A stretch of DNA of 63,979 bases, counting the filler, from Reclinomonas americana ATCC 50394 (Eukaryota), in assembly GCA_048213135.1 (NCBI GenBank). It is 5 parts of 4 records of this genome, joined end to end, with 100 filler letters (N's around TTAATTAATTAA, not from the genome) between each part and the next. Parts side by side here need not be neighbours in the genome. Positions count along the whole stretch, not along the records: positions 44,280 to 59,973 come from PS015308.1; positions 60,074 to 62,278 come from PS015310.1; positions 62,379 to 63,979 come from PS015316.1; 2 more parts are not named here. One strand, 5' to 3'. The translations under genes were made by a program, and so were the position numbers. The notes beneath the pieces are model-generated. The model was not told where the DNA came from. It searched no databases and worked only from the letters and a program-made list of their open reading frames with translations. Of the stretch, positions 49,024 through 62,419 are shown one piece after another (the stretch's first letter is position 1; each line of letters starts with the position of its first letter).

Positions 49024-52000
49024 ATGGCCACGCGATTGAGCGACAAGATCAACGAGTTCCTCGCACAGCAGCAGCCACCGCAGCAGCAGCAGCCTCCGCC
49101 ACAGCAGGTGCACGCGCAAGCTGAGCACAAGTCCAGTCGACGGCGTGACAATGGTGAGAGAGTGGATGCACAGGCAGTGACGAACTGACAATGCATGTCG
49201 GCGACTGACACGGTGTGCGTGCAGTCACTCGGCGACCCAAGTCTTCCAGTGGCAGCAGCGGGAGTCGCAGCAGCAGCACAAGCAGTAGCAGCAGCAGCAG
49301 CAGCAGTAGTGGCAGCAGCAGCAGTGGAGGCAGCGCCAGGAGCCGAGGCAGCAGCAACAGTGGCAAGGTTGTCGATAATGCTGCTGCTGCTGTTGTTGCT
49401 GGTGTGCCTGCGGAAGCTGCGCAGTTTGGCGGTGGCAGCGCCAGCAGCGAGAGTGTCGTGCACAGCAGCGGCACGGGAAGCGTAGATGACTACGATGACG
49501 GCGACGATGATGATGATGGTGACGATGACTATGAGGATGCATTGGAGGGATGCGCCGGTAAGAGAGTGGAGTCACCGGGTGCACCTGCAGCGGAGGCGCA
49601 GTCGAGAAGACGGCCCTCTGCGTCGTCTGTTGGCGAACCTCCTGCCGTGACGGCGGCGGCAGCGGCGGCAGCGGCGGCTTCTGCGGCTTCACCGCTGCTG
49701 CAGCCGGTGATGAATTACTGGAGCATTCCGCCGTCGGCCGCCGCCAGCTTGGTGGGCGGCCGAGCGCCGGGCTCCACGTCTGTCACCTCGACGTCCACCA
49801 CAACGACGACCACGACCACCACCACCACCACCAGTGCCACCGCGGCGGCGTCTGCAGCGGCAGGCAGTGGTGCTGCTGGGTCTTCGGCGGCGCTGGAGGA
49901 AGACGGACTGATCCTCCTCACAAAGAGTGCCTACCGAACAGACGTTGAGTGGTGGCGCGCGTGGAGATCTTTTTGCTGCCTGCCTTGTCCTCCACTGACT
50001 TTGTNNNNNNNNNNNNNNNNNNNNNNNNNNNNNNNNNNNNNNNNNNNNNNNNNNNNNNNNNNNNNNNNNNNNNNNNNNNNNNNNNNNNNNNNNNNNNNNN
50101 NNNNNNNNNNNNNNNNNNNNNNNNNNNNNNNNNNNNNNNNNNNNNNNNNNNNNNNNNNNNNNNNNNNNNNNNNNNNNNNNNNNNNNNNNNNNNNNNNNNN
50201 NNNNNNNNNNNNNNNNNNNNNNNNNNNNNNNNNNNNNNNNNNNNNNNNNNNNNNNNNNNNNNNNNNNNNNNNNNNNNNNNNNNNNNNNNNNNNNNNNNNN
50301 NNNNNNNNNNNNNNNNNNNNNNNNNNNNNNNNNNNNNNNNNNNNNNNNNNNNNNNNNNNNNNNNNNNNNNNNNNNNNNNNNNNNNNNNNNNNNNNNNNNN
50401 NNNNNNNNNNNNNNNNNNNNNNNNNNNNNNNNNNNNNNNNNNNNNNNNNNNNNNNNNNNNNNNNNNNNNNNNNNNNNNNNNNNNNNNNNNNNNNNNNNNN
50501 NNNNNNNNNNNNNNNNNNNNNNNNNNNNNNNNNNNNNNNNNNNNNNNNNNNNNNNNNNNNNNNNNNNNNNNNNNNNNNNNNNNNNNNNNNNNNNNNNNNN
50601 NNNNNNNNNNNNNNNNNNNNNNNNNNNNNNNNNNNNNNNNNNNNNNNNNNNNNNNNNNNNNNNNNNNNNNNNNNNNNNNNNNNNNNNNNNNNNNNNNNNN
50701 NNNNNNNNNNNNNNNNNNNNCCGCAGCCACGGCCGGCCTGTCGTCATCGGCTGGGCGAAGACCAGCAGGGTCACCATCGACTCTGGATGCGCGTCACATG
50801 ACCCCACACTCTGCACCACCATTACACACCGAGCTCGGCGACGGCGTCATTGCTCTCGGTGTGAACGGGCGTCTCGGTCGACCAGGCGTCGCTGACCTCG
50901 GCGCGGGTTCTGTTGGCGATCTCATTGGCACCGGCACCGACGTGGATCACCGCCGTCGTGCCAAAGATGGACGCGCCAACGGATCCGCTGCTGGCGGCGA
51001 TGGGCCCGGCGGCACATCTGCTGCTGGACTCCTGTCGCGACACGATGCTGCCGAGCAGGACGACGAGTCCACAGCCCATGTCAATGGCGCTGGTACAGGT
51101 GGTCGAGGTGGCGGCGGTGGTGGCAGTCGTCGAGCAGTGCCTGCGGAGAACGGCGGCGGTGGTTCTCGTGCGCATCGTCGCCGTGCTGAGGTTGCCGACG
51201 ATGATGAGGACGATGAGGCCGACGATGAGGATGATGAGGAGGACGACATTGATGAGGATGATGATGGCGACGACGATGACGATGACGACGTTGACGACGA
51301 GGACCTGGACTACTACGATGACGACGATGATGACGACGAAGACGACTTGGGCGACGAGGATGGCGACAGTGACTTGGATGCGATTGAAGCGTCTCGGTTC
51401 AAGGTCGACGAACAGAGCGCCGGAGCCGGTCGACGAGTCGTGCGCAGCATCTGGGTCACTCGCGGTGGCTACCTCAGCGCACGGAAGACAACGTTTGACG
51501 TGCGCATCGAGGCACGCCAGGGCTCGACTGTGTGTCTGCAAACAACAGTGCACAACACCGGCAACAGTTGCGTGGCCGTTCTCTCTCTCTCTAGGTTGTC
51601 TGTCGAGAGATTCAAGACGACTAATCGTCGTTTCCCTGCAGTGCGCTGCGCCGTGATCACCGACGGATCGAAGCTGTTTGCGTATCACTGCGTGTTCCGA
51701 AAGCACGGCGGTGGTGGCATTCCGCCGTCGCCCTTTGGTATCGCCATCGACGATCCGGTGAGCACCAGTGACGACGATGATGAGGAGGAGTTCACACTGG
51801 AGGACTTTGATCGGGGGCTCTCGTTGGCGGCGTCGTTGGTCGAGGCGGAGCTGTCGGACGGTGCGTGGGGGAATGTTTATGGCGAGTCGGTGGACCAGGA
51901 TCAGCGTGATGCGGTGGCTTTGCATGGTGCGTCGCTGTGCTTGACCGTCCTCGACCATACGTGTGTTGGTACTGATGTGCATCTGTTTTTTTGCATGTGG

Positions 52001-53673
52001 CAGCATCGCCGTCACCGCCGTCGTCGAGCGCGTCGTTGCGGTCGGTGCCTCTAATTCTCTCCGGACAAGACATGAGATTCGGTTCCGGCATTGGCATCAT
52101 GCAGATGGCGGCTCCGGGTTCCGAGGCGGCCGCCATGGCCAGCACCGGGATTCTGCCGCAACTGGCCACCGAGCACGAGGCGATTTCGCTGCAGAACTGC
52201 GCGCAAGCACGCCTGTACAGGCACGTGACTCCTTGCATTGTCGATTTGCTGTTGTGCCGAAATGGTAGCACGCTGACCACCATGTTGCTCCCGACAGATG
52301 TCAATTGATGAGCGACAAGCTGGCCGTGACCGTGTGTGGCCCGATGTCTCGCGACGTAGAAATCGTGCACTGCCGCTTCAATCAGTGCGCCGGCGGTGCT
52401 CTCTTTGTGTGCACGCATGCGCGCGTGCACATGCTGCGCTGCCTGGTGCGTGATGTGCACACGTATGCAGTGCGCTGCGTGGCGGCGACCGTGACACTAG
52501 AGGAGAATGTGTTTGAGGACATTGTCGGTCACGGAGTTGATCTGATCAACAGCACCTCCAACATTATCGACAACTCGTTCCGGAACATCAACGTGCAGAC
52601 CGCCAACAAGCCCACCGGTAACGCGCGTGCAGTTTCTTTTGACGGTGTCTTGCGATTCACTCACCGACTCTTGTGTTGTTGTTGTTACAGCCGCCGACAG
52701 CCGTGGTGTCGGTATCGCTGTACGAGACGGTGGTCGCCCGGTTATCCGTGCCAATTACATTGATGGCGGTCACATCACGGGCATCTTTGTGGACGGACCG
52801 CAGTCGGCACCCATGATTGATGGCAACAAGATTCTCAACATCTCGGGCCCCTGCATCGGCATGCAGTCGTGCCACAGTGACACACTCGTCAAGGGCAACC
52901 TCTGTCTCAACTCCAGTTCGGTTGGCATTAGCGCTGTGCGGTGCGTGGCCACCTCGATCAAGGGCAACCGAGTGGAGAAGTGCAAGGACGCGGCCATTAT
53001 TGTCGAAGGACCGCAGTCGAAACCGAGTATTCGACAGAACGAGCTGCGCGATTGTGGCATTGGTGAGTGCTGTGGATGTCTCCGTCTTTTTCTTGTCTCC
53101 GCTCTGAGCACACACGCTGATGCCACCCCGCAGGCGTGTATGTGGTCGGCGATGCCGTTCCGCAAGTGATCAAGAACGTCATTGAAAGGTGTCGCAATGG
53201 CATCTACTTGCGAAGCTCGGGCGAGATCTCCAATTGCCGCATCGTGGATTCGGAGCGCCATGGCATCCATCTCGACGAGTGCACCGCCTGCTCCGTGACC
53301 GGCAATGAGATTGGTGCTGTGTGTGTGTTTCACTCCTGCCGCACATGCGAATCAATCATTCACCCCTCGTGTGTGTGTGCGCGCGCGCAGTGCAAAGCGG
53401 TCAACACGGCATTCTTCTCGACGGATGCGAGTCCATTTTGCTGGAGAACAACCGTATTCGTGAGACCAAGGTTGGCGCGGCTCTGGCCGTCGGCACGAGC
53501 CGACGAGTGACAGTACGCAAGTGTCAGCTGACCTCGAATGCCAAAACCAGTCTCTCCATTGGTGTGTTGCCGTGTGTATCATCTCCACCCCTCTCCTTCT
53601 CATGTTTGTGCTGACAAATACCTCGTGTGTGGCAGATGGCATGTCGGAGGCGGTGGTCGATGGCTGCATCATC
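49024..53673 (+). CDS. Large protein with low-complexity N-terminus and parallel beta-helix (PbH1/pectin-lyase-like) repeats, truncated at a gap
   Basis: Repeated I.xN.I...GI.V motifs: PVIRANYIDGGHITGIFVD, PMIDGNKIL, LVKGNLCL, SIRQNELRDCGIG and VIKNVIERCRNGIYL. Confidence 0.7.
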
Positions 53674-54296
53674 NNNNNNNNNNNNNNNNNNNNNNNNNNN
53701 NNNNNNNNNNNNNNNNNNNNNNNNNNNNNNNNNNNNNNNNNNNNNNNNNNNNNNNNNNNNNNNNNNNNNNNNNNNNNNNNNNNNNNNNNNNNNNNNNNNN
53801 NNNNNNNNNNNNNNNNNNNNNNNNNNNNNNNNNNNNNNNNNNNNNNNNNNNNNNNNNNNNNNNNNNNNNNNNNNNNNNNNNNNNNNNNNNNNNNNNNNNN
53901 NNNNNNNNNNNNNNNNNNNNNNNNNNNNNNNNNNNNNNNNNNNNNNNNNNNNNNNNNNNNNNNNNNNNNNNNNNNNNNNNNNNNNNNNNNNNNNNNNNNN
54001 NNNNNNNNNNNNNNNNNNNNNNNNNNNNNNNNNNNNNNNNNNNNNNNNNNNNNNNNNNNNNNNNNNNNNNNNNNNNNNNNNNNNNNNNNNNNNNNNNNNN
54101 NNNNNNNNNNNNNNNNNNNNNNNNNNNNNNNNNNNNNNNNNNNNNNNNNNNNNNNNNNNNNNNNNNNNNNNNNNNNNNNNNNNNNNNNNNNNNNNNNNNN
54201 NNNNNNNNNNNNNNNNNNNNNNNNNNNNNNNNNNNNNNNCCCCCACCTCCACTACGGGTTCAGGGAGGGCACAATCTCACCACGCATGCGCAATAG

Positions 54297-55404
54297 GCCG
54301 TGGCCAAGCTGCGTCTGCACGCAGAGTTGCGCGAGGTGGCCTTTGGCCGCTTTTACGTGCTGAACCGCCAGCAGCCACCGCCGCCGTTCCGGCCGCTGGA
54401 TGTGCAAAAGTTCCTGCAGCTGTGCGACTTGGAGGCCGATTTTTCGGTGCCGGAGCAGCGCAACATTATGCAATCGCTGCGACAGGCCGTGCGACGAGCG
54501 CGCAATGTGCGCTTGTTTGGCGCGGCCAAGCTGCCGGCATCGGTGGGCGGCGTGTCGGAGACCGTGCGTGGTCGCATGAAGAAGATGGCGGCGGCACAGG
54601 TCGACGAAGAAGACAACTGGGAGGTGGCGTTCTCGGAGGTGCTGCTCGCGCAACAGAGCACCATTGCGAAGCTGTTGACCAATGTGGAGGAGGAAAACCG
54701 GAAGCAAGTGGAACGAGGTGTGGCGCGACTCTCGGGCGACCGTCACAACATTCTCGCTTCACTCCGTGAGCAGGAGGTTTGCGCGTGTGCGTGTGTTACG
54801 TGCAAATACAGAGCGGGAAGAACTGACACTGTCGGTGCAGGAACGACGTGAGGAGATGCTGAAGCAGCAGCAGGAGCAAATCATGCGCAGCATGCGTGAC
54901 CGCAGCCAGGTGGCCGACCAGCGGCACTTTGCTCCGTCACTGTTTCCGCACGACGACGACGACGACGACGACGTGGTTGTCGGCGAATACGGCGACGTCG
55001 ACGCTCACCGGCAGCACGACGTCGGTGGCCTGCGCCGTCCCCTCAGCGCCACCCACCTGCTCGAAGGCGACGTTTACGGCGGTGGCGACGCCGCCGACGA
55101 CGACGCCCAGCGCGCAGTCGCCATTGCCCAGGTTTTCCGTCCCGCACAAACCGTTTTTGTGTCCCGCACGCGCTCTTACGACCTTTGTTGTTTTGCTGTG
55201 GTGCAGCACGACGTGGATCGCTTTGCTCGATCGCGCAAAGGCCCGCAGCAGCGTCAGCAGCAGCAGCAACAACAACAGCAGTCGTTGCGCGCATCTCGCC
55301 CTGTCACCGACGCCCCCAGTGCAGTGGCCCGTTCAGTGATTGACACCACCAGTGGAGGAGGAGCAGCAGGAGCCGCACCACCTGTTGTGCCGCAACCACC
55401 CCCA
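54297..55404 (+). CDS. Coding exons of an unassigned protein between two gaps
   Basis: Open, codon-biased frames linked by GT-AG introns (donors near 54777 and 55132). Confidence 0.5.
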
Positions 55405-55961
55405 NNNNNNNNNNNNNNNNNNNNNNNNNNNNNNNNNNNNNNNNNNNNNNNNNNNNNNNNNNNNNNNNNNNNNNNNNNNNNNNNNNNNNNNNNNNNNNNN
55501 NNNNNNNNNNNNNNNNNNNNNNNNNNNNNNNNNNNNNNNNNNNNNNNNNNNNNNNNNNNNNNNNNNNNNNNNNNNNNNNNNNNNNNNNNNNNNNNNNNNN
55601 NNNNNNNNNNNNNNNNNNNNNNNNNNNNNNNNNNNNNNNNNNNNNNNNNNNNNNNNNNNNNNNNNNNNNNNNNNNNNNNNNNNNNNNNNNNNNNNNNNNN
55701 NNNNNNNNNNNNNNNNNNNNNNNNNNNNNNNNNNNNNNNNNNNNNNNNNNNNNNNNNNNNNNNNNNNNNNNNNNNNNNNNNNNNNNNNNNNNNNNNNNNN
55801 NNNNNNNNNNNNNNNNNNNNNNNNNNNNNNNNNNNNNNNNNNNNNNNNNNNNNNNNNNNNNNTCGTGGCGGAGGTGGAGGTTTGTGTGCGTTTGCGGACG
55901 ATGTGTGCGTGGCTTTGGTGGTGAGCTTATGCGGGGCGTCGCTTCTTTTTTCTGCGTGCAG

Positions 55962-58900
55962 CGGGTCTGGATGCGGCAGAGGAGGTGCTGCGTCGCAAGA
56001 TCGAGTTGCTGCAGCAGGATATCGAGCGACGAGCGCAGACGGAGGAAAAGTTGCAGAACATGAACTCGACGCTGCGAGATCGCCTCGAAGCCTTCCAGCG
56101 CACCAACATGGAGAACGTGCAACGTGCCGAGCACGAGATGGACGCTCTCCAGTCCGAGCTGCATCGCATGGAGGAGGAGCAGCATCAATTGCGTGATATG
56201 TTGAACAAGGCAAGTCACATCACGTGACCCCGTATTCATCCTCCACCCATTGCGCTCATATCCCTTTCTTTCCCCACTCAACAGTCTGAGGAGGAGCGCA
56301 GTGAGTTGCAGCACCGCATGCAAGAGGCAATGGAGGAGTTGCGACAAGAGCGTGAGCGGCGCGCCGACGTGGCACGCCGTCTGGATGAGGAGCGTGAGGA
56401 GAAGGAGCGCAAACTCAAGATGCACATTCAGGTTTGTTTGTTTGTTTGTTTGTGCATAGTAACACGATTCTCCGTGCTCACGGTGTGTTTTTCTGCTGTT
56501 GCGTTCTCGCGCTGCAGCGGCAAGAGGAGATGGATCGCGAGCTGCGTGGATCCTCGGTCACCAAGGAGCGTCTGGAGGAGATGCTGGCCAACACGCGTGC
56601 CGAGCTGGCCCGCATCCAGTCAGAGACCGAGTTCTACCGTAGCAAGGTACACCGCATTCGCAGGTTGCTGACGCACTCGTGTATATTCCGTGACTGACAT
56701 GTGGTGTGTCGGGGGTTTGTGCAGGCCGACGAGTACAGCCAGGAGCTGAAGGACAACATTTTGTTGGAGCAGAAGCTGGAGGCGGCTGCCGAGGTGTACG
56801 AGGAGCGTCTGCTTCGGCGCGTGTGGAACGCATTCAAGGACGGTGTGGCCGTGTCGCAGGTGCGTGCTGCAGTTTGTATGGTCAGCGCGTGTGCATGTGT
56901 TCTCGTGTCGTCGACTCACCGCCGCCCACGATCACAGATTCGCAGCCAGTGCAATGTGGCCTCGGACGTGTTCCAGCGACAGCGACTGTATCGTCTCGGG
57001 TGGAACACGTGGAGGTTCCACTTGCGGCTGCGTCGCCTCTCGCGCGAGAACGCGGAGCAGCGAGCCCGTGAGCGCCTGCAACGGTTTGTCAATGTCACCA
57101 GAGGAAGACCAAAGAGCGGGAGACTGAGAGTGCCTGTCCCTTCTTTTTTTTTTCCCGTGCGTAGTTGCTTCAATTCGTGGATGTTCCATCACTTGCTGGA
57201 GCAGCAGGCCAAGCGCGCAAGAAGCCGCCGACTGGTGAACCTGGTTCGCACGGCCCTCATTGCCTGGCGTGCCAATGCTCGAGTGACGGCGGCGGACAAG
57301 CGCAAGGTCCGCTTGGCAGGTGCACACAGCCGCCAGGCGCTCCTGCGCAAGACGTTTGACCAGTGGCAAGTGTGGGTGCACCGATTCGACATGGACGAGG
57401 TTGGTGATGCATCTCGAGTCACGCTCTCTCTCTCTCCTCTCTCTCGTCGCTCATCGCCCTGTCTCTCCACTGCAGGTGTCGGAGCGGTCAAAANNNNNNN
57501 NNNNNNNNNNNNNNNNNNNNNNNNNNNNNNNNNNNNNNNNNNNNNNNNNNNNNNNNNNNNNNNNNNNNNNNNNNNNNNNNNNNNNNNNNNNNNNNNNNNN
57601 NNNNNNNNNNNNNNNNNNNNNNNNNNNNNNNNNNNNNNNNNNNNNNNNNNNNNNNNNNNNNNNNNNNNNNNNNNNNNNNNNNNNNNNNNNNNNNNNNNNN
57701 NNNNNNNNNNNNNNNNNNNNNNNNNNNNNNNNNNNNNNNNNNNNNNNNNNNNNNNNNNNNNNNNNNNNNNNNNNNNNNNNNNNNNNNNNNNNNNNNNNNN
57801 NNNNNNNNNNNNNNNNNNNNNNNNNNNNNNNNNNNNNNNNNNNNNNNNNNNNNNNNNNNNNNNNNNNNNNNNNNNNNNNNNNNNNNNNNNNNNNNNNNNN
57901 NNNNNNNNNNNNNNNNNNNNNNNNNNNNNNNNNNNNNNNNNNNNNNNNNNCTGCGATTCCTGAATGATCGTGAGGCGGAGCTGGTGAGTGCTTTGCGAGC
58001 GAGCGAGAGAGCTCTTCTCCTGTCTGGTGGCTCATATCTCCTTTTTTTTTGGTGTGTTTAGCGTGAGGTGCAGCACACAATGGAGGAGAACATGATCATG
58101 GAGAACTCGCTGCGCACGGAGATCGACAAGTACAGGTCGCAGGTCATGGAGCTGGAGGAGCAAGTCATGTTCCTGAAGGAGACCATTCAGAATCGACAGG
58201 ACGACAGCGCCGCCAGCGCCGTGGCCATCACCATGGATCTGCAGCAGGCGCACGCCATTATCGATGAGCTGCGCTCGTCTCTGCAAGGTCCGCTGCCGCT
58301 TGTGATGTCTGTCATGTTCTTTTTACCCTGTTGCTCAACCCTTCCGGTCGTGTTGAATGACGCAGAAAAGGAGCAGCAGCTGCATGTGACCAAGCGCACG
58401 CTGGAGGACGCCCTGGAGAAGCTGGACCGCAGCAACAGTGATTCGTCGGAGAAGCTGGCCGCGGCATTTGACATTGCCGCCGAATTGCGACGAGTGCTGG
58501 AGGAGAAGGACGAGCACGTGCGCAGACTGGAGAGCACCAACGAGGCACAACAGCATGCGATTAATGAGTATCAACGCAAGCTCGACTCGTCGGTGGAGGA
58601 CGTCATTCATCGCCTGCACGATAAGGACGACGAAGTGCGTCTGCTGCGGTCGCAGATTGCCGAGTTCCAGGTACTGTGTGACGATATTTTTCGCGTCTAC
58701 AACAGTACCTTTTTCATTCCACCCCGTCGCTCACGCTGCCATTGCAGGAAACGTACGCCAATTTGAGCGACGAGTTGGAGGCCACTCGTCGTGCCATGGA
58801 CGAGCGCGACGCTCTGGTGCGCAAGCTGCGCTACGAAATCGAGCTGCTCACCGACCGTGACCGTGAGCGAACGACGGCGGTGGTGGAGGAGAGCCGGCGG

Positions 58901-59622
58901 CTAGCCGATGGTGCTCTGGGCGGCCTGGCGGCGCCTGTGCGCTCGCTCGACGCTGAAGTCTCGCGTCAGTTGTCGGCCATCAAGCAGGGCCAGCAGGCGT
59001 TTGAGACGTCGGAGCGGGAGCGCCGGGCGGCAGGTGCTGACTTTGATTACCGCCGGCGAGCGTTTGAGGGCGAGGTTTGTGACACTCTATTGTTTATTCT
59101 CCCTCCTGTCTGTGCTTTGTTTTCTGATCCCCCTCCTGACAGTTCTACTCGTCCGCGGCCGCACCGTCGTCCGAGTCGTTGAGTGCACCGGCCAGCATGC
59201 GGTACGGCACCTCGCAGCCGCTGTCGCAGAGCTTGCTCGGCAACACCACCGTGGGTGGCTCCACTCGCGCCCCCGCCGACTACAGCGGACCGTCGGCGGC
59301 ACCTGCAGCAGCTACTGCACGCTTCGCGTCGCCGACCCGCGTGTCGGGAGACATGCTCAACGACGAGATCGAGCGCCTGCAGAGTCGCATCCGTGAGCGC
59401 CTGGTCAGCGCCGGCGCCGGCGACGCACCACTGTCGTCATCGTCAGCGGGCTCCACGCCCGGCGGCTCACAGCTGTCGCCCGTGTCAGCCTCGCTGATGG
59501 CACACGCGTCGGTGCACGACGACCCGATTGCACTGTCGAGCTTGTCGCCGGCGACACGAGCGTACGCCCCTCGCTCGTCTCGAGCCCAAGTCGAGCAGCT
59601 GCTCAGCAGCACTCGCGACTAG
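55962..59622 (+). CDS. Coiled-coil protein with Sfi1-like (centrin-binding) Trp repeats
   Basis: Long coiled coils plus LLRRVWNAFK, LYRLGWNTWR, CFNSWM, LVRTALIAWR and LLRKTFDQWQ. Stop TAG at 59622. Confidence 0.6.
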
Positions 59623-59903
59623 TTGCGTCAGTGGAGAGACAAGAAAGAAAAAAGAGAGAGAAACTTGCCATGCTGACTATCGTTGTTGTATCAGTTCGCA
59701 AGCATACCTGCGATGAAATGATGACGACGAGGAGGGAGGAAGCGTAAAAATGGCCTTGTAGTGGCGTAGTGCGTGTGGTACGTGTGTTGTGTTTTTCCTT
59801 TAAGCGACGTAAACAAGAAAAGAATAAACAAGAACTGAGACTTGCATTTTCGCGCGGGCTGCGAGTACTAGTCATCCTCACATTTCCATCCCGAACATCA
59901 GCA

Positions 59904-59973
59904 ATGAGAGCCTCTCACCTCATCGCGCTCCTCGTGTGCGTGCTCTCGTGCACACTCGCCAGCGCCTCTCTCA
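59904..59973 (+). CDS. Signal peptide of a secreted protein cut by the scaffold end
   Basis: MRASHLIALLVCVLSCTLASASL. Confidence 0.5.
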
Positions 59974-60092
59974 NNNNNNNNNNNNNNNNNNNNNNNNNNN
60001 NNNNNNNNNNNNNNNNNTTAATTAATTAANNNNNNNNNNNNNNNNNNNNNNNNNNNNNNNNNNNNNNNNNNNNCACACACACACATCACAGC

Positions 60093-60305
60093 AACATCAC
60101 ATGGAGTGCACCCTCTCGCTTCTCCTCCAGGCTCTCCACCACTGTTCTCGTTGCCGTTCCCATGCCCTCTCTGCAGCTGTCTGCCTTTCTCTCTCCCTCA
60201 CACAACACACAGCACACACACACACAGCATAACATCACATGGCGTGCACCCTCTCGCTTCTCCTCCAGGCTCCCCACCACTGTTCTCGTTGCCGTTCCCA
60301 GCCCA
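60093..60305. repeat. Tandem repeat with 138-bp period; a third, inverted partial copy at ~61300-61357
   Basis: AACATCACATGG(A/C)GTGCACCCTCTCGCTTCTCCTCCAGGCTC.CCACCACTGTTCTCGTTGCCGTTCCCA starts at both 60093 and 60231. Confidence 0.85.
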
Positions 60306-61390
60306 NNNNNNNNNNNNNNNNNNNNNNNNNNNNNNNNNNNNNNNNNNNNNNNNNNNNNNNNNNNNNNNNNNNNNNNNNNNNNNNNNNNNNNNNNNNNNNN
60401 NNNNNNNNNNNNNNNNNNNNNNNNNNNNNNNNNNNNNNNNNNNNNNNNNNNNNNNNNNNNNNNNNNNNNNNNNNNNNNNNNNNNNNNNNNNNNNNNNNNN
60501 NNNNNNNNNNNNNNNNNNNNNNNNNNNNNNNNNNNNNNNNNNNNNNNNNNNNNNNNNNNNNNNNNNNNNNNNNNNNNNNNNNNNNNNNNNNNNNNNNNNN
60601 NNNNNNNNNNNNNNNNNNNNNNNNNNNNNNNNNNNNNNNNNNNNNNNNNNNNNNNNNNNNNNNNNNNNNNNNNNNNNNNNNNNNNNNNNNNNNNNNNNNN
60701 NNNNNNNNNNNNNNNNNNNNNNNNNNNNNNNNNNNNNNNNNNNNNNNNNNNNNNNNNNNNNNNNNNNNNNNNNNNNNNNNNNNNNNNNNNNNNNNNNNNN
60801 NNNNNNNNNNNNNNNNNNNNNNNNNNNNNNNNNNNNNNNNNNNNNNNNNNNNNNNNNNNNNNNNNNNNNNNNNNNNNNNNNNNNNNNNNNNNNNNNNNNN
60901 NNNNNNNNNNNNNNNNNNNNNNNNNNNNNNNNNNNNNNNNNNNNNNNNNNNNNNNNNNNNNNNNNNNNNNNNNNNNNNNNNNNNNNNNNNNNNNNNNNNN
61001 NNNNNNNNNNNNNNNNNNNNNNNNNNNNNNNNNNNNNNNNNNNNNNNNNNNNNNNNNNNNACATAAGGGAAGGGCTGGGCAGGGTGGGTGGGCCGGGCGG
61101 GAGGGATCGCGATTCGATACAGTGATGACAGAGAGACAGAGAGAGAGAGAGAGAGCGAGGGAGGGAGAGAGAGAGAACTGATTGCAATGTCTGTGGATGA
61201 TGAGTGAATGTGGTGGAGAAAAAGGGAACGAGTGGGGTGAGGAAGAACGGGAGAGAAAAGAGAGTCAGCGAGTGCGATCTGTGTGTGTGTGAGTGTGAGA
61301 GGGAGAGAGAAAGGCAGATGGACAGCTGGGCATGGGAACGGCAACGAGAACAGTGGTNNNNNNNNNNNNNNNNNNNNAGATGCAACACTC

Positions 61391-62270
61391 ACCTCCCGCC
61401 GTGACTGGCCATGGTCGACAGGCCGGCCCCTGGGCGTTCGGCTTGCAGACGGCAAGGCGGCTGACACACTGCTGCTGCGCCGTCTGCTCCGCTTCAGCGG
61501 TGGCACGGCCAGCTGCAGCTGGCCGCTTGCCGCTGCCGTGGCACCGCCGGCCGATTGTCTCGAGGTGGGCCTCGTCGCCACTAGCACTGTTGGTGCGGCC
61601 ACCGACTGCGAACGTGAGCGAGTACGTCTGACCTCCGCGCGTGTCACGATCACGGTTGGCGCATCTGAAGCCGCCGCTTCTTCTGTTGGTGATGTCGACT
61701 TCGGTGGCTCGTGGACACTCTGAAGGCAACAGAAAAGGCGCATCAGCAACAGTGACAAGCGACCCAAGACGCAATGCATGAAATACCTCGCTGCCGCTGG
61801 CGGCGCTGTCGGCTGCGGCACTGGCGGTACTGGCGGCACTGGCGACCGCTTGTGGCCGAAAGAGGCTGTACATTATCTTCGGCTCCAGCAAAGAATATAC
61901 TGAATCCTTGCCTCGAACAGCGAGAGTAGCCGCGTGGAGAAGGTTGGAAAGCATCTGCAAATGGACACAAATGCAATGCAGATGAGAAAAGGCAGCGTGA
62001 ACACCGTGTGCACTGCAGTGCGCAGTGCGCAACTTGAAGCTGTCCATGCAGCACCAGAAGTTGGTGCTCCTTCACGCGCCACACAGACACCGGCACCTCC
62101 GCATTCGGCTGCTCGATATCGCCGTTTCGGTCCGATTGCGCTCGCCGATTCTGCTTTGAGTGGATTTTCTTGCAGATCCTGTTGTAAACAGGCTTGTTTA
62201 ACAAGGCGGCTCCCGGACCTGTGTGTCTGGATGATCTCACACACGCGCTACACACATGAACTTCGAGTGA
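61391..62270 (-). CDS. Internal exons of an unidentified protein
   Basis: Open frames with GT-AG introns (…IEQPNAE|…LVLHGQLQ|MLSNLLHAATLAVRGK…SGSE|…). Confidence 0.4.
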
Positions 62271-62419
62271 GCAGCTCANNNNNNNNNNNNNNNNNNNNNN
62301 NNNNNNNNNNNNNNNNNNNNNNTTAATTAATTAANNNNNNNNNNNNNNNNNNNNNNNNNNNNNNNNNNNNNNNNNNNNGAAGCACAACAACAGAGAATGG
62401 AGAGACGCAAGCACACAAC

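Noticed and set aside
60093..60305. CRISPR-like repeat-spacer array
   Set aside because: The units are long near-identical tandem copies with microsatellite spacers in a eukaryotic locus with no cas genes.
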